A stretch of 64,000 nt of DNA, taken from NCBI GenBank assembly GCA_973895155.1, contig OZ316895.1, forward strand, positions 21,650,558 to 21,714,557. Reading direction: 5' to 3'. The notes under the pieces were generated by a model. The model was not told where the DNA came from and ran no database searches. It saw only the letters and a list, made by a program, of their open reading frames with translations. The DNA is from Marsupella aquatica (taxonomy: Eukaryota > Plantae > Marchantiophyta). The position numbers and the translations under genes were made by a program. Positions 25,469 to 37,527 of this stretch are shown here, in pieces (position 1 is the first letter of the stretch; every line of letters starts with the position of its first letter).

Positions 25469-26242
25469 GTGATGGCAACGGAGGAGATTGCCCATCTCAA
25501 GGCTTTGCTTGAGAAAATCTTAGTTGTGGCTGAAAACTCCGCAATTGAGATTACCACACTCAGCAAGGAGGTGACGGAGCTAAAGAATGAGAATGTCAAG
25601 CAAAAGAGGTTGATTAGTGATCTTCGATCTCAAACTCAGGAGAATGGTAAGCAACTCTCATTGCTTGCATCGTGTTTTGGAGACATGGAGAAGAGTATGT
25701 GCCCAGAGAAATCAGTGATACATGAGGCTGTAGGGGAGATTGAGGAGAAGCTCAAAACCTTTGCACAGGCTGCAAAACAATCACATATGGAATTTGTCCA
25801 AGCCAAGGAGGAGGAGAGGAGAGCACTAGAGGAAGAACACAAGAACCAGCATGCAAGAGTCAGCAACTGCAAAATATCAGGCCTTGTTGAGGAGGAGAAG
25901 GAAGACACCAAGAAGGTAGCAATTTCATTCTTCCAATCTCAGATGAAAGTGCATGACCCTATCATTTTGCAAGCATATAGGATTGGGCAAAAGAAGGGGG
26001 ACCTTCCACGTCAAATCTTGGTGAAGTTTGCAGCTGAATCCGAGAAAGCTAGAGTGATGGCTAACAGGAGCATGCTTAAAGGGCTAAGGATTTGGTTGGA
26101 TGATGATCTGACTCCCACACAAGTCCAAGCAAGGAAAATTGAGCTTGAGAAGGTGAGGGTAGCCAAATACCAAGGATTGGTAGCCTACTTGCGCAATGGA
26201 CAAGCTGTTGTTACCAATAAGAAGAGAGTTGTTTCTAAATGA
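25469..26242 (+). CDS. LINE ORF1 (coiled coil plus RRM-like nucleic-acid chaperone)
   Basis: Intact 257-aa ORF; N-terminal heptads, then NCKISGLVE..AYRIG..PRQILVKF..IWLDDDLT, typical of LINE ORF1. Confidence 0.85.
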   Translation: MMATEEIAHLKALLEKILVVAENSAIEITTLSKEVTELKNENVKQKRLISDLRSQTQENGKQLSLLASCFGDMEKSMCPEKSVIHEAVGEIEEKLKTFAQAAKQSHMEFVQAKEEERRALEEEHKNQHARVSNCKISGLVEEEKEDTKKVAISFFQSQMKVHDPIILQAYRIGQKKGDLPRQILVKFAAESEKARVMANRSMLKGLRIWLDDDLTPTQVQARKIELEKVRVAKYQGLVAYLRNGQAVVTNKKRVVSK

Positions 26243-29200
26243 TGGATTGGGACCTTGAGAGTCATGGCATGGAATGTTTCAGGACTTTCCATAGAAACAG
26301 CAATTGGAGGGGAACCTTTGTTTGAGAATTTTGACATCTTGCTTTTCACAGAGACTTGGGAATATGAGAGAAATGCTCTACCTAGCATTAAAGGCTTTAC
26401 TTGCATACAATCCATCTTCAATGAGAAGAAGACCACACGGGGAAGAGGGTTTGGAGGCATTGCTGTCTACACCAAGAATCAACTTCAACACATCACCTCT
26501 ATTGAACATGAAGATCCCAGCAAGCAGTTCATGGTGGTGAGACTCGCAGTTCATGGTGGTGAGACTTCATACCAGAGGTACTCCATCATTTCTGATTGTC
26601 ACCTACTTTGCTCCCCTTAATATGAATGTCTATAAGATGGGAATTGCTGATGCACATTATCCATTTCATAGGTTAATCCAAGTCATTCATGATATATCAC
26701 CACTAGGGGAGACATGGATAGTGGGGGACTTTAATGCCAGGGTATCTAATGAACAATTTACTAAAAGTGAGGACTTAGGAACTTTACCTTGGTCATCATG
26801 TAGTGAAGAGATACCTTGGGTGAGAGAGGCTCTTGACACCAGAACAAATGACATGACACGTCACTTTTTGCATTTGGGAGCTTCTTGTAATCTAAGAATA
26901 TTGAATGGGCTTGAGAGATTTCCCCAATCATCTGGTTACACTTTTAGATCTAAACAAGGATGTAGTACCATTGATTACCTTCTTGCCTCACCTACCTCTG
27001 CCACTAGAGTGGTTGACTTTCAAATACTTGATCAACAACCAGAGTCTTCACACTTGCCTTTGTTGTTCCATCTTGACCTGACCACAATCCCAAACAAAGT
27101 GCATAGAAAGCCAGTACCCAAACCTCTGTTTCTAGACCCTGATAGAGAAGTCATCTTCAAAGCCAACTTTGAACATCTTCTCCATACCCTGGATGATCAG
27201 ATTGAGCTCTCAGAAGTCATAGCACAAGCAGCAGCCTCTACTTTCTCCACCAAACCCCCTAGAAAGCAAAACATGAAGGCTTGGTTTGACGAGGATTGTG
27301 CTAGAGCAAGGATGCAAGCAAGATCACATTCAGGGGAAAAGAGACTTTTGGCATTCACTATGTACAAGAACTTCATCAAACACAAGAAGAGGTGCTTCTT
27401 GAAGAGTGATCAACAATCACTATGTGAGGAGTTCATCAAACATCCAAAACGTTTTTGGGAGAGAATGCAATCAGGCAAGACTACTCCCCCCTTGGATTAC
27501 CAGGACCTGGTAACCTATGTCACATCCTTGTATTTTTTTCCAGATGCTAGTGGCATGCCTTTGCCCCTTGGGGACACCATTCAGTTTACAGAGAGGGAGG
27601 TGAAGGTGCATCTTTCCCACATGCAACATGGGAAAGCTAAAGATCTGTTGGGCCTGAACTTGGAGCTTCTTTTGTGGGGAGGACCCTCTTTACTAACAAA
27701 CTTGGTGCATGAGTTGAATCAAGCAATGGCTTTAGGTTTACCTAAAGCTTGGATGACCAGAAGAGTGGTGCCTATCTTCAAGGCAGGCAACAAGGACGAT
27801 GTGCACACCTACAGAACCATCATGGTAGGCAATACTTTTGCTAAAGTTTTGGGAGGACTACTTGAAGCCAGATTAAGCTCTTGGTTGGAGAGTGAGATGA
27901 AAAGGGCACCTTCACAAGCAGGTTTTAGGAGAGAATTCAACACTATGGATCACATTCTCTGCTTGAGGGTGTTGTGTGAAAAGGCCAAATCTCCACATAA
28001 ACCATTATTTTGCTTGTTTGTGGACTTCTCCAAGGCCTTTGACAAAGTTTCCCGATCCAAGCTTTGGGATAGGATGGTGGAGTTGGAAGTGCCTGAAGAG
28101 CTCAGGTTGGCTGTTTCTAAATTGTACCAAGAAGTGCGCATCAAACTTTCAAAGGAAACCTCTGAAGAAATCTGGAGCACTCTTGGGGTGATCCAAGGTT
28201 GTCCTCTCTCACCTACTCTCTTTGGCATCTTCATTGATCAGCTACAACATTTTGGAGGAGCATGGTGGAGTTGGCACTCAATTGGGTAGGTTTGTCCTCC
28301 AACTTCTTATATTTGCAGATGATGTGGTCCTACTTGCTCATGCTCAAGAAGCTTTGCAAAGACATCTCAATGCCTTGGAAGAGTTTTGTCAAGCAACAGG
28401 GATGGTAGTCAACCTCAAGAAGACCAAGTGTTTGGGCATTGGCACACGACAAAACCCAGAGCTCTACTTCCAAGGGAATCTGGTGGAATTTGTGAGGACC
28501 TACAAATACCTTGGGGTGGAGTTCTCTCAAAACTTGAGTTGGGCCTCATGTGTAAAATCTAGGGTTGCCAATGGGTACAGAGCTTTTTATGCATTCATGA
28601 ACAAATGCAAAAGAGCTGGTCTACACACTTGGAGGTTAAGGAAACATCTCTTTGGAGCTTTGGTGAAACCAGTCATTCTTTATGGAGCACCAATTTGGGG
28701 AACAGGTGTGTCTAAATCTGGGTGGCAACAGCTTGAGGGGCTACAAAAGCTATTTCTTGAGATGGAGCTTGGGATCAAGTCACAAACCCCATATGCACTT
28801 ACACTGCAGAGGCAGGCTTGTTTCCTTTGGAGGTGGAGGCACTCTTCCACACACTCAAATACATCATGCGTGTAAGAGAGTTGGAGGAAAACAGATTTCC
28901 TTTTCATGCCTTGCGCTCATCTTCAGCTAAAGGGTGGTATGCAGATGTGTGCAGGTGGGCCCATGCTTGGGATTTTCCTGAACATGAATGGCCAACACAC
29001 CCAACCAAGCTAAGAGCAAAACTTGAGCAAAAGGCTTTGCACAAACTCTGGCATGAACCTAGCCCACGGCAGCAATACTACATGAGAGATGTGAACCCCA
29101 TGAAGAAATATCGAGAACAAGAATACTTATCTAGCACTATCTCAGTACAACTTAGACAACTTATTGCTCAATATAGACTAAGCTCAAACCACCTTGAAGT

Positions 29201-29477
29201 AGAACAAGGGAGATGGAAGGATATTGACAGGAAAAAGAGGGTTTGTCAACTATGTGATAGCTCTAGTATAGAGAATGAATATCATGCATTCATTGCTTGC
29301 AAGTTTTGTGAGGGGGTTAGGATGGCATCTCAAATCTTGGTGAAAGATTTGTATGCATTGTTTGGTCTGCCCCCTCAGCAACTTGGAAGATATATCTTTG
29401 CGGTGGATAGGGAAAGGAGAATAGGTTTGGAAAATCTTTCAGGGCTCTCTAGGTCCATAGTTTCTTTGAGGACATAG
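26243..29477 (+). pseudogene. LINE ORF2 with three frameshifts
   Basis: Frame changes at ~26524-26567 (22-bp tandem duplication), ~28250 and ~28805. Confidence 0.88.
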
Positions 29478-29609
29478 TTGTCCTCTTTTGAGCAATCTCT
29501 TTTGGTTGCTCTTTTCTTTGATTGCATTGTACTTTACTTTTTGTGGCAGCTCCTTTGACTTTCATGGTCCCGGAGCTTATAATACATTACCATTACCATT
29601 ACCATAAAT

Positions 29610-32600
29610 TTGGAGGTCCACGCCCATTCTACCCACTCACCCCTCCTACCTCTGCGTCCGCCCTCCTTAAAAGGGATGGCCCTCCTCCACCGTCATGACA
29701 TTGGTGGCTGGCCCTCAATGGAAGCCCTCAATCCTTTCTGGGCGGCCAATGTAGTCGGTCCGTCCTCTGACAGGTACCCTGACCCCGACTGGTCAACCCA
29801 TCCTCGGCGTGACCGGTCCCACTCCTACCTCTGCTTTTGCTTCCTCGACTTTTGCTTCCCCGACTTGCAATAGTGGTATCTCCGCTCCTGCAGCTTTGGC
29901 ACTGTCAGTCCCGACATCTGCTATCTTGCCGTAGTGATTCTCCTCATAGGCTCATCCTATGAGGCGGGTTGTCTCGTCTTCCAAGGTTGCGGTTGATGCC
30001 AATCAATGATTGGCAACCTTGAGTCAATGCCCATTGACTTGGCCTCACTCAACTGGTCTTCTTGGCCTACCTCCAAGACTGCCACCTTCACAGCCACTAC
30101 CTTGCATAAGGCTGGTGCCATGCTTTCTACTTGAGTCACGATGGCCTGAGGAACCTCTTTGCTCCCTGACCCGGAAGGTTTTTGCTTCTTCTTGTCCTTC
30201 CCTTCCCAGGCAGCCGATGCCTTCCCCTTGCCAATTACTTCCGGCATAAGTGAGGGTGCCTCGGCTTGTTTGACTCATACCCCGCCCTGCAACCCTATTC
30301 TTGCGGAGATCTTTGAGCTCCCCCTTCGGTGCCCTCTCCTTCCTCTGCACCTTTGCCATGGCCCTATTGCTGATCATTAGGTGAGCCGATGTTATGTCTT
30401 TAAACTCCTGCTTCCACTCCTCTTTCTCCTTGAGGACCTCGGCCAAATGCCATTGGGTTTGGGCAAGTTTACTCTTAATTAACTAGTTATCAGCCTTGGC
30501 TGTATCTAGTTGCCCCCTGCATGATGCTTATCTCATGCTTCCTAACGCGCAGCTCATCCTGAGCCTGCTTGGCTGCCTTTAGATCTCCTGCCTCGGCTTC
30601 CTTCTCTCTAAGCCGATGTATGACCTCTTCCTTCTTCATCCTCTCCAAGGCCAATGCTTCCTCCAACCAGATTTTATCCAACATCTCCCTATGGATAAAA
30701 AGCCCCGTCTCCAACTCTTCCCCAAAGATGTCAAGGGCAAGTAATATATCCGCACATCTTCCCGTACTCCGGACAGGGCTCTGCAACGTGCATAGGCAAA
30801 CGCGGCATCCTACCAAAAATTGTGCATGTGTACTGGTCTCTACTTCAGCTCCCACACCCGCCTTTCCCTTTCCTCATCATGACTGGGAACCTTGGGCATG
30901 GGGTTCCAGACTTGAGGCTCCCACGTACATTCGCACTCGGCTTGTTTTCCGGCCTCCTTCTCTCCGCGACCCCGGCAAAGGGATCTGCTCTGGTGGGTCT
31001 TGCGGTGCCTCCCTCCCCAACAATGCCGTGTATTGATGCCTATGCTGCAATTGCCAGCTTATCCTTCTTTACAACATCTGCAAGAGGCTTTGCATAGTTG
31101 GTTGCTGCATCGACATGGGTTCCGATGTCTAGGGGGGGAAATGTGGTTCTTGAGGAAGCACCGGGCCTATGGCTGCTAGTGTCAAGAGAGAACTTAAGTT
31201 AAGATCATGATTACTATTCTAGACTGGGTAGCAGACACCACAAGGAACGGTTCCGTGGATGAAAGCACAACATCATAACCCTTTTCTCCATACCTACGGA
31301 CTATTGCCTCCTTGGCAGCTACCTTGGGTCGAGTTACAAAACGAATATCTCCCAACGAGAAAGAAATGGGAGGCTCATCAGAGGGAGGTTTGTTGAGATC
31401 CATCTCAATACAAGATGAAAATTGTGCAAGCCCAATCCTGCCCGTAAACTACATAACGGTATACAATTGGCTCTATTGAATTTAATACCGCAGTTGCAAA
31501 TACTTCTCCAAAGTGAAAAGTCATATGCTGGTGCATTATCTCTTTTTGGAGTACATGAATTCTAATAAGGAAAGGATTAGGGAGAGGAAGAATAGGTACT
31601 GGTCTGGGCATTATCGTACTATCAAATATTCCATCCAACTAATTTTCATTCTAATGACAAGAGATAGAATCATTCAACAAAAAAATCATCCATTTCAAAC
31701 AAATATCATGCATTGAGTTAACTCTAAGTATATACATGCAGATGTTTATCTTAATAGGTTGATCTTCTTTTGAATGAAAATACTATCTGAAGGTCCAACT
31801 CATACAAAATACCTCTGGCCGAGCCGAAGCTCTAAGCAAGAGTGCATGAGTGGGTCTACTTCATAAGGATTTCACCCAAAAGGGAGCATATGATGTCAAG
31901 GCATTGTTGAGCACTTTCCAACTCTTTAGAACTTAATAACCATCTCCTATCAAATGACAACACTTTCTGAAGGTCCGACTCATACAAAATATCCCTGGCC
32001 GAGCCGAAGCTCTAAGCAAGAGTGCATGAGTGGGTCTACTTCATAAGGGTTATATTCATAGAAGAGATCATCAAGTCCAATGGATTTTTAAGACTTCACA
32101 ACTTAGTTGATGAAAAATGGGGAGTGAGGGGAGAGAGCCCCTCTCCTCTTTATTTATAGTGCTCACACCTCAAGCACACGGATCAAGCATGGCACACGGA
32201 TGGAAGCCATGTGTCATACATCCAAGGCAAGTAAGTGTGCTAGTACTGTAGTTACGTGAGTGGAGCAACTGTAGACAGTACACTGTAGCATGCACACTGT
32301 AGATCGTACACTATAGCATGCATACTGTAGATCGTACACTGTAGCATGTACACTGTAGCATGCACACTGTAGATCGTACACTGTAGCATGCACACTGTAG
32401 GTCTTGCACTGTAGCATGCACACTGTAGATCGAACAATATAGCATGCATACTGTAGACCGTGTACTGTAGCATGCACACTGTAGCATGCACACTATAGAC
32501 TACATATGCGAGAATTTAAACTACTATCCTATACTACTAAGCTATACTTAGGAGGAACTTACTAAACAAAGAATCCCCACGACACCGGTGTCGGCCTAAA

Positions 32601-33900
32601 AATCTGCGCTATCATGGGGCTGTTGGGGGGTTTGGGCTTTCTTGCTGCCAGTCTTGGTGCCGACTCCTCCTTTGGTGCCCTTGCTTGTAGGAGGAATATT
32701 GGTGCAAAGGTCTGACTCCGAGCATACCGGCACAACAATGGCATGTGATAACCAAGCCGGGACACGCTCCCTTGGCCTATCACTTGTCGTTCCTCCTTCA
32801 AGATCTTCTTCAATTGGATGAGGAGGTACCCATTGTAGTCTCGACTTGAGTCTAGCCTCTCTGCCAGGTAAACCTGTGCCTTGTTGATCTTTGGCCTCAC
32901 CAGGTTACAATGCATTGTCACCTACAAAAAATCAATCATTTCTCCAACGTGCGGCGGGTTGGTGCAGGTGTTCTGAAAGAAGCCATTCTTTGTTGATGGC
33001 TCGGGGAACAATCTAAACCCCTTGTTTGGCAAGTTCTTTCGGGTGTCTACCTTGGTCTTGTTGCCTATCCACAAGCCAAATACTTTGGCAATCACCTTGG
33101 GAGTGAGATAGAATTCCCTTCCGTAGACCTTGGTTGCATTTGACTCGTGATCCCATGATCCCACAAATTCCAGCAAATCTCATTCTGGCACCTTTGGCTT
33201 TAGCCACGGTAATCTAACAAAGGTCTCCAAGCCCGATCAGGCCATGAAGGCTTGGTACTTTCTGGACTGCATGGTTGTAAAACATGCATCCTCCTCCCGT
33301 GCAAAATGTAATTGCACTGCTTGTGATACATATGACCGTCGCCCATCCTTTCCATGTATCATCTCTGGTAGGGATGACATTGACTGGGTCGACCTCTAGT
33401 TCCTTGGCTTCCTCCTGCCTCTGTCTCCCTTGCTCGGCCGACTTTCTAGATGCTGTCAACCTTGTTCTTTTGCCAGGGTGGTTTCTTCGTTGTAGGTCAT
33501 CCTCTTTATTTTGGCCGCTTTTGAAGACTTCCCCAACACTATTGCTTTTGTCCACGCCTCAGTGCAACCCTTCAGGTCCCAATATTCATCGTTGCAACGA
33601 TTGATGGCCTCTTGGATGCCAACGATTTTATTCTTTTGAAATAGAAGATCATCAAGATGATCGGCAATAGTCATCCACAAGAATTTAGCCTTGATGAGCT
33701 CTCCTCCTAGAAAGGCAAAATTTTGCGATTCCCACAGCCGATCAAGCTCTTGTCATTCTTGTCCTGCTCTCTCCAACTCCTCATCCTCGTATGTCCCAAT
33801 GTACTCAATTGCTCGTTCAAACAGACATTCCCAAAAGTGTGCAGCTTGATTGACGTTGCTCATTCCCACCTTGTGTCGATGCTTGGTACCTACTTCTCCC
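29610..33900 (-). mobile_element. Degenerate retrotransposon-associated accessory ORF remnants, unclassified
   Basis: Fragmented coiled-coil ORFs (29957-30855) and MLEFVGSWD..VYGREFYLTPKVIAKVFGL (32922-33176), resembling plant-transposon accessory proteins. Confidence 0.4.
32266..32497. repeat. 14-bp minisatellite with two largely alternating variants
   Basis: cactgtagcatgca and cactgtagatcgta units, about 16 in total. Confidence 0.93.
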
Positions 33901-34119
33901 TCAGTGTTGATCTCAGTAGTTGATAGTCATTGGCTTCTCCTCGCAATTTGCTCGATCAATGTTTGCAAATGAGCCGTCACCCTTGGTGAACCTCCCTTAT
34001 CCACCTCCAGCCTACCGTTGCCTGACTTGGTCGTTGATTTTTTATAGGACTAAAATTTCTTTTTGGAACAAACAAGATAGATTTAAATGTTCCTCCAAAA
34101 TATAACAAGGGGTACTTGG

Positions 34120-35400
34120 GGAGGATTCGGTCACAGGTATGTCTCATTACATTTCCTTTAGTGAGGGCCCAGGGTCCTTAAGTTGGCCGATACTTAGGTA
34201 GCATTGGGGATGTTATTGAGATGCCTCCAACCTAGGGCATCTGATCTTGCTTGGATGCATGCCCCTACCGAGGATGTTTGTCTACACCTACACACTTTTG
34301 ACGTATCTATTCGAGAGACTTTTGCCTCCCTATTAGGTCTTGGTTCTTTGCTCTCATCTCCATTGCTTCATCAACAACTCACACTTCTTATTTATCAAGG
34401 GGTTTTTTGGGCTTACTTCCATTGAGAGCATAGCACCAATGAATGGCATTTTTGAGTTCATGAGCAATCTCGTTATCTTTCTTGGCCGACCGCTTCCTTG
34501 TTGAGGATCAGCCCTTTTTACTATCATCTCGTATGGAGGTTGAGGAGGGTTCCCTCCCATTTTAGGTTTATTTGCAAGATGCCCGGTCCTCACTATCGGA
34601 TCTTGTATGAGGCGCATTATTTTATCTTGAGGAGTTTTTATCCTTGGACCCTCTCCGTCTTCAGGCTGACCTTGTTGAGCGTATGCACACTTTCACCCTT
34701 TCTAGCATCCTCGCTAAGGCACCTAAAATAGACCGAGTTTGGATTCTTTATTCTGGAGGAAAAGGTGCTGGAGAGTGGCTTCAGGCCAATCCGACCATCC
34801 CTCATCTGCGAATGGCTTCAAAGGAGTTCTCCACCGCCATTCATCTTGTTGGTTTTCTCACTTCATGCACATGTGGGAAACCTTGTGATCCCACAAGGGT
34901 CCATCTTCTTTGATGTAGTTTGGGTAGCAAAACCATCGTTGTTCATGATGCTGTGCGAGATGCTACTGCTCTGGTTCTCTCAAGGTCTTTGGTACAACAT
35001 GCACTAGGAGGATGCTTGAGCTACCTGGTCCTCCCTCACAACAATTGCGGGTTGACTTGACCATGGTCCGTGATGGTCGACATGCTTTGGCGGATGTTGT
35101 GGGTGCAAATCCTTTGCGGCTAGACCTTGTTGAGTTAGCTGCGACAATGACAGGGGCATCCTGGGCGCCCTCAACAAAGGAGGAAAAATATGCCGCTCAA
35201 GCTTCATCTGATACCTTTCTCCCCCTCGCTATTGAGCTCTTTGGGCGTCTTCATCATCAGCTCAATGGGCTCCTTCGACAAGCTGCTCGTGCTGTTCACA
35301 AATGGATGGGTTCACTATCCATCTTGACCACACACTTTTGTCTTCGCATTTCAGTGGCCTTATAGCGTGCCCAAGCTCGAGCCATTTATCGTCAATCTCT
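34120..35400 (+). mobile_element. 5'-truncated CRE-like non-LTR retrotransposon with restriction-like endonuclease, decayed
   Basis: AGEWLQANP..CTCGKPCD..HLL*C..HDAVRD..RVDLTM..ALADVV..KEEKY..FLPLAIELFG..RISVAL: CCHC finger followed by an RLE-type nuclease C-terminus. Confidence 0.78.
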
Positions 35401-36379
35401 CAATCCCCCTGCAGACGCTAGCCCCCCTAGAGGACATTCATGTCCCACTAGCTTTTGTCATATATTCCAATGTAGACACTAATTATTGAGTTTGCACTCA
35501 TGTAGTGTTTGACACTTAACTCTTTTTATTAGTCTTTTTTAGGTTTACATTTGCTTTTCTTTTGTCTGGTTAGTGTTTGTTCATTGTGGAACTCTTTTTA
35601 GGGTTCCTTTTGCTCACTCTCTTTTAGTTCCTCTTCTTGGTTTTTAGGGGTTTCCTTTTGCTCACTTCTTTTAGTTCCTCTTTCTTGGTTTTTAGGGTTT
35701 CCTTTTGCTCACTTCTTTTGCGTTTGGTTTTGTCCACTTGGGACCTCTCTTGTTTATTCTTTTGTACTCTATTTGGCCTTTTTCTGTATAAAGTATGTGT
35801 ATATTCTCTTTTTCATTCCTTTCATTGTACTTTATTTTTCCCTAAATTATACATTTTGGTGAGAGTTTCTTTACTTTCTCTTTACTTTCATTGTGCTTTG
35901 GTTTTTCCTGTTTTATAAATTTTGGGGTTTCATTTTTTACTTACTTGAAAAGTCTTAATTACTTTTGGCTATACTTTGCTAGGTTTGTTTTCTTCCAATC
36001 CTAAATTTTCCCACCTAGAGCCAGAACCTGACCCTTAAAGCAAATAAGCTAGTAGTCATCCTTATGGTCACTTAGGGAATATTTCTAGCCTCTTCTCCTT
36101 GTAACGACTGCCACCTACTTCAAACTAAAAAAAAAACCTTAAAATTGACGCCCTGTAGAACTAAAAATGCAGGGATACCAGTGAACTTGTCTGGTGGGAC
36201 CCTAAATGGCCACCTTGCCTTACTGGGTGGGAGCCAACCCCTCCTTACCACCTGGCACCTGGCATGTGCACGAGTCAGGTACGTTATTGTCAGATTACCT
36301 GCTCACCACACGTCGCCAGCACCCGCGCTCGCCAGATCTCAGTCCCACGAGGCACGAGGTGCCAGCCACCTTACTACAG

Positions 36380-37203
36380 CGCTGGCCTCCACCCAAAGAA
36401 ATACACTGTACGACTGGACTCTAGACCCGAATGACCATCAATGAAAATACGCTCATTAAAGCCATCGTCTCGCATGATTTATTCAATCTTCCCTACCGCA
36501 CTGGGATAGTCTTATTATGGGGGTGCATTTTACAATGGCCGCAAGAATGAATTACTCAATTCCGGATTACATGTCAGGCTTGCCTCCACCAAAGGAAAAA
36601 CACTTTACTACTGGAGTCTGGACCTCAATAACCATCAATGAAAATTGACTCCCATTGAAGCCGTGTCTCGCATCATTGATTAATTGTACCATACCGGTGA
36701 TAGTGTGATACCGCGCTGCCCCTAATCCCCGATAGGCTTATTACGGGTCGGGGGTGCCTTTTACAACGGCCGCACAGTGAGTTCTGGATTACATGTCAGG
36801 CTGGCCTCCACCAAAGGAAAAACACTTTACTACCGGACTCTGGACCTCAATATAACCATCAATGAACTCCCATTAAAGCCGTTGTCTCGTTTGATTAATT
36901 AATTTAACCATACCGTGCTGCACTGCTGCGATAGTCTTATCACGGGGCCCGTTTACAACGGCCGCACAATGAATTCCGGATTACATGTGAAGCTGGCCTC
37001 GACGAAAGGAAAAATACTTTTACTACTGGAGTACTGGACTCTAGACCTAAATAACCATCAATGAAAATTGACGCCCATTAAAGCCGTTGTCGGGCATGAT
37101 TAATTAAATTTTCCATGCCGTGCTGCAGTGCTCTAGTCTTAATTGCGGGGTGCACTTTACGAATGCGGAATGCCGCACAATGAATTCCGGATTACATGTC
37201 AGG
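36380..37203. repeat. About 200-220-bp diverged tandem repeat, ~4 copies, upstream of COR413
   Basis: (a)ccatcaatgaa, cattaaagccg and ggattacatgt recur four times each. Confidence 0.85.
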
Positions 37204-37527
37204 AAACGTGTCGAGATACGTAGAATCCGGGATAATGCTAGTTAAATCGGTGCCGTCCATCATGACTCAGATCGGAAGATTCTCGGGGAGTGACGATGCC
37301 ACGGAAGCGTCAGGGGATGGGCACTGTACTGCGCATACAGCTAAGGGATCGGACCTCGAGAGGCGAATATACTGGGTTGAAGCTCGAGCTTCTTATCTGT
37401 ATATGCAGCTCGAGATTGCTTGGTGAGCCATCGAGGAGGGGACAGGGGAGCTGAATTTGCATAGCGTTGCTCTGTGGGTTCGATTGATTGCAAGATTTCC
37501 CAGGAAATCGCAGGAAGGGGACTCAAA

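Larger units (their letters stand above)
24579..29605 (+). mobile_element. Near full-length RTEX-like non-LTR retrotransposon (5' monomer array, ORF1, APE-RT-CCHC ORF2, (CATTAC)n tail)
   Basis: APE motifs (MAWNVSG, FTETW, VGDFNAR, STIDY), RT motifs (QAGFR, FVDFSKAFD, GVIQGCPLSPTLF, FADDVV, YKYLG), C-terminal RLSSNHLEVEQGR..RVCQLC..ENEYHAFIAC, 3' microsatellite 29585-29605. Confidence 0.88.

Noticed and set aside
24540-29620. Target-site duplication for the RTEX-like LINE
   Set aside because: No convincing direct repeat found at both ends; the 5' boundary remains approximate
32214-32493. Three overlapping Cys/Tyr-rich ORFs and a CRISPR-like look
   Set aside because: Translations of a 14-bp minisatellite; no unique spacers; eukaryotic context
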